64,000 bases of DNA from Azolla caroliniana. Its lineage: Eukaryota; Plantae; Polypodiophyta. Location of the stretch: positions 19,840,001 through 19,904,000 of the forward strand of contig JBHGNT010000012.1 of assembly GCA_043228905.1 (NCBI GenBank). The letters are read 5' to 3'. The notes below the pieces were generated by a model. It searched no databases and had not been told where the DNA came from. It saw only the letters and a list, made by a program, of their open reading frames with translations. Made by a program: the position numbers and the translations under genes. Numbering within the stretch: position 1 is the first letter of the stretch; every line of letters starts with the position of its first letter. Shown here in pieces: positions 9,287 to 22,110 of this stretch.

Positions 9287-12200
9287 CAAACACCAACAAC
9301 TTCGGCACATACCGGAGGATGTGCGGGTTTGGAGGGGGTGAGTGTCGTAGTGTATTTTGTACACTACGTGAAAAACGTATATAGTATTAGATTCAATAAA
9401 AAATGAAGAAATAGAAGAAAATAGCAAAATAAATGGAACATGCATAGGGCAAGATTCGAACCTTGCACCTCCATGTTAATAATGTAATGTCTTACCATTA
9501 CACTAGCATTTCATTAGTGTTAAAGCATAGATGTCCCACATAGAAAGGTAAATTCACGCTAGGATAAACATTAGAAAAACGCATAACAAAAGAAAAAGCT
9601 ACACATACACATCTAGCGTGCATGATAAAAAACGCACAAGTTAGAAAAAAGCATGATCACTTTAGATAAAGCATATAGTCTATCTATAGGAAAAGCATGG
9701 GGTCTATAGTTAGAGAAAAAGCATGGATTACTAAGACTTCCTCATCACTACATAAGGATGGGGAGCACAATGTAATTGTGTGTGAAAAATATTTGGGAAA
9801 TTGGATATATTTCCTAAAACACCAATTAATAAACTATACTCGTGGGATTCACGAGAATTCTATATCATTCTCTTTCAACCGAAGTTTATATTCTTATATT
9901 CATATTGATTAATCAAATACAATACACTCGTGGGATTCACGAGTTTGCTATAACTCTTTCTTACAACATATTTATATTCTTATTAGCCTTAAAACTCTCC
10001 TCTTCCTAGTCCAAAACCCCAGCGGTTCCCACCCAACTCACGCAAACGATCCGGAGCCGAAAGGCACGACAACGTTGTATCGAGTTACTGTATTATGTTC
10101 GTGTTTTATACAAGAACTCGATACGCCATATCGAGTTCCTATATATAGTTTGCGTTTTAAACAGGAACTCGATACGCAGTATCGAGTTCCTGTATTATGT
10201 TCGGGTTTTATACAGAAACTCGATATGGCGTATTGAGTTCTTGTATAAAGTTCTTGTTTTATACAGGAAATCGATAAGCCGTATCGAGTTCCTGTAAAAA
10301 GTTCTTGTTTCATACAAGAACTCGGTACACGGTATCGAGTTCCTGTGTATGATGCATGATGTTGAATACATGAACTTGATACCCTGTATCGAGTTTCTGT
10401 ATAAACATGAACTATATATAGGAACTTGATACGGCGTATCGAGTTCCTATATAAAACACAAAATTTAAAGAGGAATATTGTGTCTTTGGGGCAACAATAC
10501 AGTATATATGTGAAAAGATATCAAACTTTCTGTCAATTTTAGACTTTTTTAGTGACATTTGCCATATTTTGTAACAAATAGGGGCCTTACTTATAGAGGT
10601 TTTATGACTTATTATAGCTTAAAATAGTAGAATATAACCCACGAATTACCTTTATGATACCAAATTCAAGTCTATTATATGCAAATTCTCTACAATATAC
10701 AACCTTAATCTAGTTGACCACCTAACTTATGTTTTCGCATGTCCTTTCTTAAATAGGTCGTTTGAGAACTTGTCAGACCGACCTGTGAAGAAGATAAAGC
10801 TCCGGATACAGGGCTCTCCAATTGAAAGCCAGACCCTAATAGCTCTTGAGAACATTAAGAGAGGAAAGAAGTTTCTCTTCAACGAGGAGACAAAATCTCA
10901 ACCACCCAATGAGGTTAGCCAAAAGAAAATATTAGCAGCTACTGGTGGTGAAGACCTTCCTGACCGTGATCTAACAGACAAGGAATGGTGTATGCAATAC
11001 ATCGACTCCAAGAAAAAAGTCATGTTGTATACAACAAAGAAGAAGGGCAAGGGGCAACTTGAAAATGAAACCGCATTTATGTATGGCCGTATTCTAAGAT
11101 TTGACTACGAAGATTCAGATTCGGCCAACATTCTTGTAATGATAGAGTGCTCTAAGGGGGTACGTAAAGTGTTCCTTTCTGAATATCTACTAGTAAAGGA
11201 ATCTTGTGGGCCAGAAGCTTTTAAAAAAGATCTAGAAAGCTCACAAAACCTTATTGTCACCTTGAGGCCTTACATACAAGGCCATGTAACTCTAAGGGAG
11301 CCCTTGCCCTCCCCAGTGAAGGCCCCAAAAAGGGCATCTAAAGTACAATCAAGACCACCAAAAAAGAAGACCACTAAAATGTCGGACTCCGACTCATCAA
11401 GCTCAAATGAAGATGAGGATACTAAGGGGACGCCAGGACCTGAGCTGACATCGGGTGTGTTGTCATTTGAGCAGAATAAGATACGGAGAGAGTTAATGGA
11501 ACGTAAACTGGTCAAGAAAGGGCAAGTGTTTAATTTTCCTATAACACACATCCATTGGCCCCCTATAGATGAAAAAATAGGACGAAGAGCACTTGAGATT
11601 AGAGAGCCACACCGAATGCATGTTCAAAATCTCAAGAAAAAAATGAAAATTAATCCACATGCTACCGTTGTGCCTTTTATTATTATGGTGGATCCCGAAG
11701 AATGTGAAACCATTGATGATTTCGATATAAGAAAGCATGATCAATACAATTACTTTGTAATTGGTGGATCGCATTCGGCAAAGGCACGTCGACAACTTGT
11801 GAGAGAACATCCAATGACTTTCTTCTTCAAGTATGCCGAGTGCAAAATTTACGTGGGTCTCACAGCTGAAGAGTGTTACCGGCCGGCAAGGAGTCCAAAA
11901 TACGGAGTGAAGGAATTAATTAAGTATGGTTGTAAATAAGCATAGTATGGACGGACGGACTGGAAATGGTATGCCGTTCCAGATCCGGACGGATCCCGAA
12001 TGGGTGCGATAGGCACCGTTTTGTACTACGGGCCGGAAACCTATTTAAAGGCCCGGACCCCATTGTAATCGGGGCGGATAATTAATAGAGCATATGGTGT
12101 TTATACTTCTGTGTTGATTTCCGTTCTGTAATTACTGTTATATCTTACGCGTGTAATTAACAAAAGCGATCTAATCGTGTAACCTACTTAAGTCGGTGTA

Positions 12201-12345
12201 ATCGTTGAGTCATAATCCTATGCCGTAATCACCCTTTGGTGAAGTGTCTCCGTGACACCTTGTGTTAGGCCTTGTCCAGTCAGAGAATAACACAGTTTTG
12301 GCGACCACGATTCCTGCTTTCTCGCAGCGAACGACGGCTTAATGG

Positions 12346-15300
12346 ATGACTAGACCAACGCACGACCTGGTTACAGACCGAGCTCGACGCCTCGCCGAAC
12401 GGCAAAGACGGCGTGAGACTTTCCAGCAAGCAGCGCACGAAATTCGCTCGGATCGTTCGTTCTCCAACGAGATCCGGAGAGTCGCGGAGGAATCTCTTCG
12501 GTTACAGCAAACTCGCGACCAGGACGACGGAAGCAGTCTAAGTAGTCTCCGGGAAACCGAACGCCTCCTCGAGGCGCTGGCAAGCGGAGAAAACGAGGCA
12601 GAAGCCTTTTCAGCCTACGAATCGGATTCCGACGGGGGATACAGCGTTGTCGTGCCTTTCGGCTCCGGATCGTTGCGTGAGTCGGGTGGGAACCACAGAG
12701 GTCTTGGACTAGGAGAAAGAAGTTCGTGAGATAGAGATTAATTATGAGTAAATAGCAAAGAGAAAGATAAGAAACTCGTGAATCACACGAGTATACTATA
12801 TTAATTGGTACTTAGGGTGTTAAGAGAGAAGTAGATGTATAAATCGTGAATCCCACGAATAATTTTTGTATTGATTAATACTTAATCCAAATAATCAACA
12901 ACCCTTTATATATTTCTCTCCTCCTTATATAAGGAAGGAAGAGCTAAGCATGGCTTCATGCTTTTTTTTTTACAAAAAGTGTTCATGTCCACTAAATGTG
13001 CATGTGATGCTTTTTTATTTCCTAAGTATAGGGCTCATGCACGCTAGATGTGCATGAGTTATTTTTAGTGTCTCGTCTTTTTCATATATTAAAAAAATAC
13101 ACGATTTACCTTTTAATAAAGGTATGCATAAATAAAGGTCTTATACGTATTAAATCTATATTTAAAACACTTAAGATAAGTTAATGTAATGGTAAGGTTG
13201 GGGTTTGTCAACGTGGAGGTGCAGAGTTTGAATCACGCCCTGCGCAGTAGTGAGTATTTCCTTCTTTTTTTTACATTTATGTCTCTTTATCCGGCTCTTC
13301 CTTGCCGGTATGCCGTTTTCTTCCTTGCCGGTATGTCGTTTTCCTCCTTGCCGGTATGCCGTTTTCCTCCTTGCCGGTATGCCGTTTTCTTCCGGTTCTC
13401 ACCGAGCACTCCATTCTCTATCCGGAGGGACAAAAATATAATTTCCACATAGTGTGCAACCTACACTACGACAGCGTGCACACGAACTACCGGAGCAGCA
13501 ACGATACCCCCGGCGGCCCGGAGGACGACGGGTCGGATACCGTGCCGACTCCAGAACCGGAACCGATCGACCAGGGCTATCCGGAACCGCAAACGGAAGC
13601 CGTCAACCCACCAACACCGGAAGTGGAAGAAGCAAAGCCACCGACACCGACGAAAGAGCCGGTGAAGGAACCGGAAAAAGAACCGGAAGAGGAACCGGAA
13701 AAAGCACCGGCAAAAGAACCGGAAGTGGAACCGGAGAGAAAACCGGAAAGATATCAACAAACGCCACTAAACCGCGGCCTAATACTGGACGACGACATGC
13801 CGTTCCAATACTCAAAGTATCGCGATGATCCGGACGCGGAAGCGCATGTTCATGCCTTCGAGCAGACATGGGAAGCAAATCACACGTCCCAGCGAATGAC
13901 ACCGGAGGAAGAAGAACGCTCGAAGATAGCGGAATTCGGGCTCACATTGGAAGGACCAGCGACACGATGGCGGCGGACGCAGGACCCGGCGACCATCACA
14001 ACCTTTGGAGAATTAAAAGCAAAATTCTTGCATTTTTTCCACAAGGAGGTCGACCAGACGACAATGGTGGGCCTGTTTTATACGATCCGACAGGAGGCAG
14101 GGGAAAGCATTCCCCAATTCGTCATCCGTTTCCAACGAATGCATAGCCAGCTTGCCCGTACACCCCCGGAGGAGGAATTACGGACGATATTTTTAAACGC
14201 ACTCCGGGAACCGTTACGCACGGTGTGTACGGTAATTGACTTTCGAGGAAGCACCATTGACCAGGTCATTGACCGGGTTAGAGAAATGGAAAAGTCAAGC
14301 TCATGGCTTACACTGGGAGCACTGCAACGGGCGTTACCCACCGATGAAGATCTCCGGTTCCGGCAGGCAATTCAATGCACAATCTGCTTGAATGCCGGAC
14401 ACTCGGCAGTGGAATGCACCATGCGAACTCAGTGTGTGATTTGTCAATCCAAGAGTCATACAACGGACCGGTGCGAGTATAACCTGTTAAACCGACAAGC
14501 ACCACCCGTCCGACGGATCGAGCCAAGAAGCAGCCAAGACGAAGATGACGATCGTTGGCAAAGAATGAACCGGTACCGACCGGCACAGGATGTCCGGTAC
14601 GGAGACAGACAAGAGAATGATGGCCGGTACGGGAATCGGCATGATAACTACAACCGGTATGAGCGATCGGACCGTTATCGGGAGTCCAACAGACGACACG
14701 AGCAATACGACAGAGACCATTCCCCTGGTTACCGAAGGCACCAGGAGGACTACGACCGATTTTACGATCCACCACGACCGGACTACCGAAATAAAAATAA
14801 GAATAATAAGAAACGTAATTTCAAGAAAGGTGGTCACCCTAGGGACCCGGAACATGGAACCCCAAGGAGCCAACCGGCACAGAACGCACCACTCACTACG
14901 GGACCGACTCCGGATACCAGCAATGCTGAATCCAGCAATACCCGTAAAGAGTATTGTTATTACTGCAGGCAGGAAGGCCACTACAGTAACCAGTGCCCGG
15001 CAAAGAGCTACGATAAACGACCAGCAGTTAATATGGTGGTTCCGGAAGTGGCGGATATACAGCAAGTAACCACACGGTCGAAAGGCATGGCCAAAGAGTG
15101 GGAAACACAAGAGGCCATACGAAAACAGGCGACGGAATGGGTGAAGGAAGCCAATGAAAGGAACGTCGCGGACGTGGAACGGCAAAAGGCGAATACCATA
15201 GGAAGTGCCGGCGGTAGCCACCCAGAAAACGAGACATGGCAAGCACTGCAAGAATGTCAGATCACGTTGCCATTAGGAAGACTCTTGCAGCTCGTGCCGC

Positions 15301-18300
15301 GATTTACGGAAGGACTAAAAACGGGCATGACATACGGTATAGCCCCACCGGCACCAGTCCTCTTCTCGAATCCGGAGGAGGGACCGACGGTGGTGGACAC
15401 TAGTAGTCCGGTGATTACAGCTATTGTCAAAGGGCACGAACTTCCCGGCACAGTAATCGATGGAGGTTCCGGGGTGAACGTAATAAGCCTCCACACGTGT
15501 GATGCCTTAGGTATACATGAATGGGAGCCATGTCCGTTCTGGCTACGGATGGCGGATACGAGCTCTGTACGGCCGACGGGCTTAATACGGAAATTGGAAG
15601 TCACCATAGGAGGTCACACATTTCACATCTCGGTTGTAGTGCTGCAGCTACAGGCGCAAGGCGCGTACCCACTGTTGCTGGGCAGACCATGGTTGAAAAC
15701 AGCACACATCAAGCAAAATTGGCGGAAAAATATGATTACCTTCCGGCGCGGAAAAGCCAAGGTCCGGGTACCGACACAACCACGGACGAGCAACGGTAAG
15801 GAATGCACACCGCTGTATGCGGAATGCGTGAACATGCTTGAAGGGTTGGCAGACGACGAAGAAGCCCAGTACTTGGAGGAACACCCGAAGATCGTACCAC
15901 TCTTCGAGATTGACGTAGCTGAAGCCGTAGCGCCATACTTGCCGCAGCGGGACGACACCGAAGCCGAACCAGACAAAGATTCGATTCGGGAATTACGGCA
16001 AGCACAGGAAGTGTTGGAACGGGAAATGGCCGTTTCCCAACGGGTAAAAACATCCCAGCTCGACGAAGTGAATCTAGGAAGCAAGGACGAATCAAAGCCG
16101 GTACACATCGCCAAAGAAATGAAGCCGGAAGATAAAGCGGCGATGATCAAACTTCTCACGGAGTTTCGCGACGTATTCGCCTGGTCATACGAAGACATGC
16201 GAGGGCTGGACCCTCAATTATATCAGCATCAGATCCACTTAGGCAAGGACGCGAAACCAGTGGCGCAAAGACGTTACCGAATGAACCCCAACTACGCCGC
16301 CAAAGTGAAGGAGGAAATCGACAAACTCCTAAGAGTGGGCTTCATCCGGCCGGTAAAGAAAGCGACGTGGTTGAGCCCCATCGTCGTTGTTCCAAAGAAG
16401 AACGGTAAAATCCGCGTGTGTGTAGATTACAGGAAACTAAATGCAGCCACAATTACGGATGCATTCCCTCTTCCGTTCACGGATGGAGTACTGGATGCCG
16501 TCGCCGGCCATGAAGTTTATAGTTTTTTAGACGGGTTCAGCGGATACAATCAAATCCGGATGCACCCTGACGACCAGGAGAAGACAGCGTTCGTCACCGA
16601 ATGGGGGGTGTTTGTGGCCGAAGTAATGATGTTCGGCCTAAAAACGGCACCAGCAACTTTCCAGCGAATCATCATGGAGATCTTCGGCGAATACATTCCT
16701 GCCTTCATGCAGGTTTTCCTGGATGATTTTGCAGTCTATAGCCGGGGAAAAGACCATTTGCAGCACCTACGGTTATGCCTTGAAAAGTGTAGGTTATACC
16801 GGCTAAGCTTAAACCCAGCAAAATGCATCTTTGGAGTTTCAAGTGGAATCTTACTGGGACACATTGTAAGTAAGGAGGGCATTGCGGTCGACCCGGACAA
16901 AGTAAACGCGATACTAGGGGCACCGGCGCCGAAAACGGCCAAAGCACTAAGCCGATTCTTAGGACAGATCCGGTGGCACAGCCGGATGCTCCGTCACTTG
17001 GCTGACTTGGCTACACCATTACACACCGCGGTACATCGGACACCGTTCCAATGGACGGATACGGAGGATGAGGCATACAATGCCCTGAAGGTACTTTTGT
17101 CGCAAGCACCCGTCGTGCAGCCTCCGGATTGGAGCAAGGAATTTCATGTGTTCGTGGACGCTTCCGACATCGCTATCGGCAGCGCCTTAATGCAACTTAC
17201 GGAGCCCAAATGGTACCGGCCGGTATATTACGCAAGCCGGAAGCTGTCCCAAGCGGAGAAGAACTATTCGACGATGGAACGGGAGGCCCTGGGCATGATC
17301 TACAGTGTCACAAAGTTTCATCATTACCTATTGGGAAGGAAGTTCTCCTTTCATGTGGATCACTCGGCGCTCCTGTACTTAGTGTCCAAGGCGTCCCTGA
17401 CCGGTAAGTTGGCCCGTTGGACCTTGCTGTTGCAGGAGTTCGAATTCGAGATCTTCCACCGGCCCGGTATCCAGCATGCCGTAGCAGACTACCTGAGCCG
17501 GTTAGAGTCCGGAGAATCAGGCGTCGGAGTAGCGGATGAATTCCCGGACGCAGAGTTATTCCGTATCACCCCGGAAACGGCAGCGGACGACACGGTGGTA
17601 TCAGAAGATAGGTGGCTGACAAACATGCACCAGTTCCTAAGCACGGGCCTGCCACCGGAGGAAATGAACCGGGACGAGAGGAAACGACTGGCGGTGCAGA
17701 GCCGCAATTTTTGTCTGTTACGGGACACTCTCTACCACAAGGGAGCAGATGGAATATGGAGACGGGCAGTCCGTAGTGACGAGAAACAAGTAATCTTACA
17801 GGAAGCACACTGTGGGATTGCCGGAGGACACTATGCCGGGGAAGCGACGGCAAGGAAAGTATGGCAGAGCGGCTTATGGTGGCCCACGACGTTAAAAGAC
17901 GCCGTCAAGTATGCTAAGGAATGTGACCTATGCCAACGAATGGGCCAGCCTACGGAGCAAGCACGGATGCCACACCAACCGGTACTTCCACTAGAGCCAT
18001 TCCAGAAGTGGGGGTTGGATTTTGTCGGACCGTTCAAGCCACCGGCAATGAGAACGGGTAATCGTTATGTCATCGTGGCAACAGATTATTGCACTAAATG
18101 GGTGGAGGCTAGGGCCTTGAGAGACAATACCGCGTCATCCACAGCAAAATTCCTATACGAGAACATTTGGTGCCGATATGGATGTCCGATTGAATTAATC
18201 AGCGACCAAGGAGGGCACTTCCTCGGCCAGGTAGTTGAAAGCTTAACAACGTTCTATGCCGTGGTCCATAAACGGAGCACACCGTACTACCCACAAGCGA

Positions 18301-19022
18301 ACGGGTTAGCAGAGTCCACCAACAAAACGCTGCAGAACATTCTCCGCAAAATCGTCAATGAAAACCGGACGGACTGGGACACAAAGCTCCATAGCGCGCT
18401 ATGGGCGTACCGGACGGCATACAAAACAAGTATCCGGACAACGCCGTTCCGGTTAGCGTTCGGCTTAGAGGCGGTCATGCCGGTGGAATTTCAGGTACCA
18501 AGCTTACGGATCCAACTACGGGAACGGCTGAATGAAAAGGAGTCGGAAGAAAGGCGGCTAGCAGCACTATGCGAACTGGAGGAGCAACGGCTGGCCAGCA
18601 TCCTACACATGGAACTGGAGCAACGACGACGGAAAGCGTTCGTTGACCGTCACCGGAAAGGCAATGAAAAGATGTTCGAAATCGGAAAGCCGGTGCTAGT
18701 ATTCCAAACGAGGATGGGCAAGATGCCGGGTAAACTCCGGTTTAGATGGACAGGCCCGTATTGGCTGACACGGGAATACAACGGGTCCTATCAGTTAGGG
18801 ACACTTGCCGGTGAAGTACTAGGCAAGTGGGTCAACGGATTTAGACTAAAGCCCTATAAAGGACCGATGCCAAATAACCCGTTTATGCAGCCCACCGGCA
18901 CTATACCGGGAACGGTACGGATGGAAGAAAAAGACGACGGGGAACCCGTAGAAGAGGCGAAGGAAGACACGGCAACCCGTAAGGAAAACGGTAAGGGTTC
19001 GAAGGGACCTACGGATGTGTAA
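12346..19022 (+). CDS. Gag-Pol polyprotein (gag, CCHC knuckles, protease, RT, RNase H, integrase), interrupted by a solo LTR at 12648-13473
   Basis: Removing the solo LTR and one TSD joins ...DGGYS to VHTNY... in frame (about 1948 aa). Motifs include CYYCRQEGHYSNQC, VIDGGSG, RVCVDYRKLN, FLDDF, FVDAS, the HHCC zinc finger, WGLDFVGP and SDQG. Confidence 0.95.
12648..13473 (-). mobile_element. Solo LTR related to the 6612-10071 family
   Basis: Termini tgtcgtgcctttcggctccggatcg and ctacactacgaca match the family ends in reverse. 4-bp TSD GCGT. Internal tandem cttgccggtatgccgttttc x4 at about 13298-13395. Confidence 0.9.
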
Positions 19023-19386
19023 GGTCACATACAGTCATTAAAAAAAAAAAAAAAAAAAAAACATTAAAAATCGAGGTATGAACGGACGTGAAAGCAAGGA
19101 GCGAAAAGGTACGTAGTGGGCATTTAAGAGCCGCCACATTGCTTAATACTAAATTGGTACACGACGTGCGCATGCTCGAAAAAGGCGCCAAGACGCACAG
19201 AGAAAAAGAAGAACGCATGGAGACCTTTTTTTTCGCGAGCCAAGAAGCATAGAAGCACCAAGGCAGTGGAAGCTTAGCAAACGCGAACCTGCACTCAGAG
19301 AACCCCCACGTTCGGAACGCTCTCTCTCTCGCTCTCACTCTCATCACCACTCTACCTCGCCATCTTTCCTCGACCTCGAAGCAGAC

Positions 19387-22110
19387 ATGGAACCACAAAC
19401 GCTGTCGGAAGCGGCCAGGAAATGGTTCAGGCAACACGGGCTGGATGGGTTCTTGACCATCATGGAGGCACCACCGCACAAAGAAGCCGACCGGGTCATC
19501 AAGGAGCTCGACACGGAAGTCATCACCGAGGAAGCGATCCGTGCGCTAACAGGCCTTCCGGAGGGAGGTATTTTTCAGATTGATAACCCAACCTCGGAGC
19601 AACTCATCCGATATTTCGGTGAGTACTCTGTAGCCGGCAAAGGCTATCGAACGCAGGGCGGCGAAGATCCGCTATTCAGGGAGATAGCTCGAGTGCTCCA
19701 TGAGTACGGCCACGTGTACCCCCGACCCCCTGTCATGCCAAAAAATCGGGCAGGGATGATCATAGCCACCTATGAAGGGATCAAGGTGGACTGGCCGGTG
19801 TTGATTGCAGACGGTTTGTGCGCGGCAATCGACATGGTACGAGGGAAGGACGGCAAGGAGGGCCGGAAGCTGTGGCATGCCGTAGCTCAGTGGATAACAT
19901 TGCTCGTGCCGCCGGTCGAGACCGTTCAGCCAAAGAAGCGGCCAAGATTATCGGAAGGAAACACTTCGAAACCCGCGTCCAAACGACAGCAGCTGCTGGC
20001 GTCAAAGGCGACGAAAGGGAAGAAACGGCTCCCAGAACCGGAGGAGGTGTCACCGGTGGGACCCATTAAGATAACCATACGGCGACCAGGACAGAAGGAA
20101 CCAGAACCCCTGAGCGCACAGAAACATGCCGTTACCCAGGAAGAGGAAACGGAGGAGCCAGAAGAGCACCTCCAACGACGGTCAAGAAGTAGGACTGCCG
20201 GGACAGAGGGGGAGCGTTCGGACCCGCAAAAGGAAGAAATGCCCCCAACTCAACCTGAGCAAACCACAAGGGAGGAACCGGAACCAGTGCGTATAGAACC
20301 GGCCTTGTCGACTTCTATACCAGAAGTCATTCCAACGGCTCCGGAGACGGCGAGAACCGGAACTCAACAGCCGGCGAGCCCAGCCAGCACACACAGCGGC
20401 CAAGGAGTAGAACCAGAACGGCAGATACAGGCACTCAGGCCAGACAATTCCACAGTGAACGAGCCGACCCGACCAGTACAGCAGCAAGGCACCAGTAGCA
20501 TGTGGCTACGGTGGGTAGGCGAGCAGATCGCCGGAGCGGTCGAGTACATAGAGGCGGAGGAGAGAGCGCACCACGAACGGTTGCTCGTCACAACCGTAGA
20601 TCTAGAGACGGCCCGGTCCAGAATCCAGAGCCTTGAACAAGACTTGGACAGGGTCACAAGGGAAATGGCTCAATTGGCTTTGACAACACAAGTCCAAGCA
20701 CCGGTGACTCCGGGCAATGTACAGAATAAAGCGTCAGATCAACCTGTACATAGCAATCAGACCCCGGCAACGGAAACCGTTCCGGAGAGAAATGCGGCAC
20801 AAGCCCAAGAGCTTGCGGACTTAAAGGATGAGCTAGCTGCCCAAGAAGCGCTGAGGAGCCGCGAAAGAGAGTTGAAGACGGCAGCGGAGGCAGAACTCAA
20901 AAAGACTGCTGAGAATCTACGCCGGGCCGAGGAGAGCTTACGAAAAGGCCACCAAGCGTACGACCGGCTCAAGGAGGAAAAGGAGAAAATGTTGCAAGAG
21001 AAGGACAGGCTCCGGAGAAACGCCGAAACAGAAGTAGAGCGCCTGAAAGAGGAACTCCGGCAGCTAAAGGACCGGGAGGACCGGAACCATCGCCAGATCA
21101 ACGGCAAGCTCAAACAAAAAACGGAGGAATTTGAGCACTTGCACCGGGAGTATAAACGGTTGCAAACGGAGCACAAGGAACGGACGGATGAGCTCCGGCA
21201 AGCAGTTGATCGGACCGCAACGGCATACGCTAAGGAACAAGCGGAAACCAGAAGACGGTTGGAAGAGGCGGAGAAGGTTCGGACAGAGCTCCTCAGGCAA
21301 CAGCAGGCGGAAAAAGAAAGAGCGGCGGAGGTACTGCAGAGGCTGCAAACAACATATCAAGGGCAGCTGACGCGCTACAGAGAGCAAGCGGAGGATACGG
21401 CTAATCTCATTAAGCAGTTGAAGGAGGAACGACAAGTTGTGGAAAGTAGAGCGCAAATGGGAGCAAGCCGCATCCAGGATATCATGCGGGCCTGGTTGAA
21501 CCAGACCAAGAGCTTGATTGACAACGGTTCCGTCAAATGGTGGACCAAATGGGCCACGAACGCGGCGGAACTCCAATTGCTCCGGGCCGACGTAGAGAAC
21601 CGGCGGAAGGAGGGAGATGATTGCTATATGCTGACTTCCGAAGACTTCACCGGCATAAGAGATGAGCTGGCCGAAGACTTTCAAGCCTTAGCAGAGGACC
21701 AACGAGGGCAAGTCCGGCAACTTGTAGCTCAGCTGGACGACGACAGGCTGGAGGCGCAGATCCAGTTTGAAAGCTACGAGAGGTCCCGGATCCGGGAACA
21801 GAAAGCACGAGAACCGGTTACGGTCAACCTCAGTGATGAGGAACCGTTACTGGAAGGAGACCGGACCGGAAGCAGTCAAACGGAGATGCCGGAGTCAGAG
21901 AAACAAACGGAGCAGCCGCCTATAGAGCAGCCGGAGCAGTCTCAGTCCCAACCGCAACCACAGCAGCAGCAGCAAGCAAAGCAGCCGGAGCAGCCTCAGT
22001 CCCAACCGCAACCACAGCAGCAGCAGCAAGCACAGCCGCAACAACCACAACCGGAAGAACAAGTGGAAACTCTGGAACAAAGTATTTTGGACAATTTGGG
22101 TGAACAATGA
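19387..22110 (+). CDS. Extra 3' ORF of the Ty3 element: globular N-terminus, long coiled coil, Q/P-rich tail
   Basis: Intact 907-aa sense ORF between pol and the 3' LTR. ITEEAIRALTGLP resembles the PMD/Athila-type extra-ORF motif. Heptad-rich E/K/R middle region. Confidence 0.8.
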   Translation: MEPQTLSEAARKWFRQHGLDGFLTIMEAPPHKEADRVIKELDTEVITEEAIRALTGLPEGGIFQIDNPTSEQLIRYFGEYSVAGKGYRTQGGEDPLFREIARVLHEYGHVYPRPPVMPKNRAGMIIATYEGIKVDWPVLIADGLCAAIDMVRGKDGKEGRKLWHAVAQWITLLVPPVETVQPKKRPRLSEGNTSKPASKRQQLLASKATKGKKRLPEPEEVSPVGPIKITIRRPGQKEPEPLSAQKHAVTQEEETEEPEEHLQRRSRSRTAGTEGERSDPQKEEMPPTQPEQTTREEPEPVRIEPALSTSIPEVIPTAPETARTGTQQPASPASTHSGQGVEPERQIQALRPDNSTVNEPTRPVQQQGTSSMWLRWVGEQIAGAVEYIEAEERAHHERLLVTTVDLETARSRIQSLEQDLDRVTREMAQLALTTQVQAPVTPGNVQNKASDQPVHSNQTPATETVPERNAAQAQELADLKDELAAQEALRSRERELKTAAEAELKKTAENLRRAEESLRKGHQAYDRLKEEKEKMLQEKDRLRRNAETEVERLKEELRQLKDREDRNHRQINGKLKQKTEEFEHLHREYKRLQTEHKERTDELRQAVDRTATAYAKEQAETRRRLEEAEKVRTELLRQQQAEKERAAEVLQRLQTTYQGQLTRYREQAEDTANLIKQLKEERQVVESRAQMGASRIQDIMRAWLNQTKSLIDNGSVKWWTKWATNAAELQLLRADVENRRKEGDDCYMLTSEDFTGIRDELAEDFQALAEDQRGQVRQLVAQLDDDRLEAQIQFESYERSRIREQKAREPVTVNLSDEEPLLEGDRTGSSQTEMPESEKQTEQPPIEQPEQSQSQPQPQQQQQAKQPEQPQSQPQPQQQQQAQPQQPQPEEQVETLEQSILDNLGEQ

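Larger units (their letters stand above)
6612..10071 (+). mobile_element. Non-autonomous gag-only LTR retrotransposon (TR-GAG-like)
   Basis: 729-bp LTRs at 6612-7340 and 9343-10071 (TG..CA, about 4 differences seen). 4-bp TSD ACGT. PBS at 7345-7362. PPT ggagggggtgag before 9343. No RT or integrase. Confidence 0.9.
6597..10450. repeat. Array of about 8 palindromes (caggaactcgatac-NNN-gtatcgagttcctg, about 50-bp period) in intron 1, first unit split by the LTR element
   Basis: Units near 10111, 10161, 10211, 10261, 10312, 10366 and 10417, plus one split between 6597-6611 and 10076-10090. Confidence 0.85.

Noticed and set aside
10076-10450. CRISPR-like regularly spaced palindromic repeats
   Set aside because: Spacers are short and similar to one another, repeats are degenerate, there are no cas genes, and the context is a eukaryotic intron.
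13302-13473. Listed start of the 1906-aa ORF
   Set aside because: This N-terminus is read-through from solo-LTR repeats. The native start is ATG 12346.
19387-22110. Retroviral env gene
   Set aside because: No signal peptide or hydrophobic transmembrane segment is visible.
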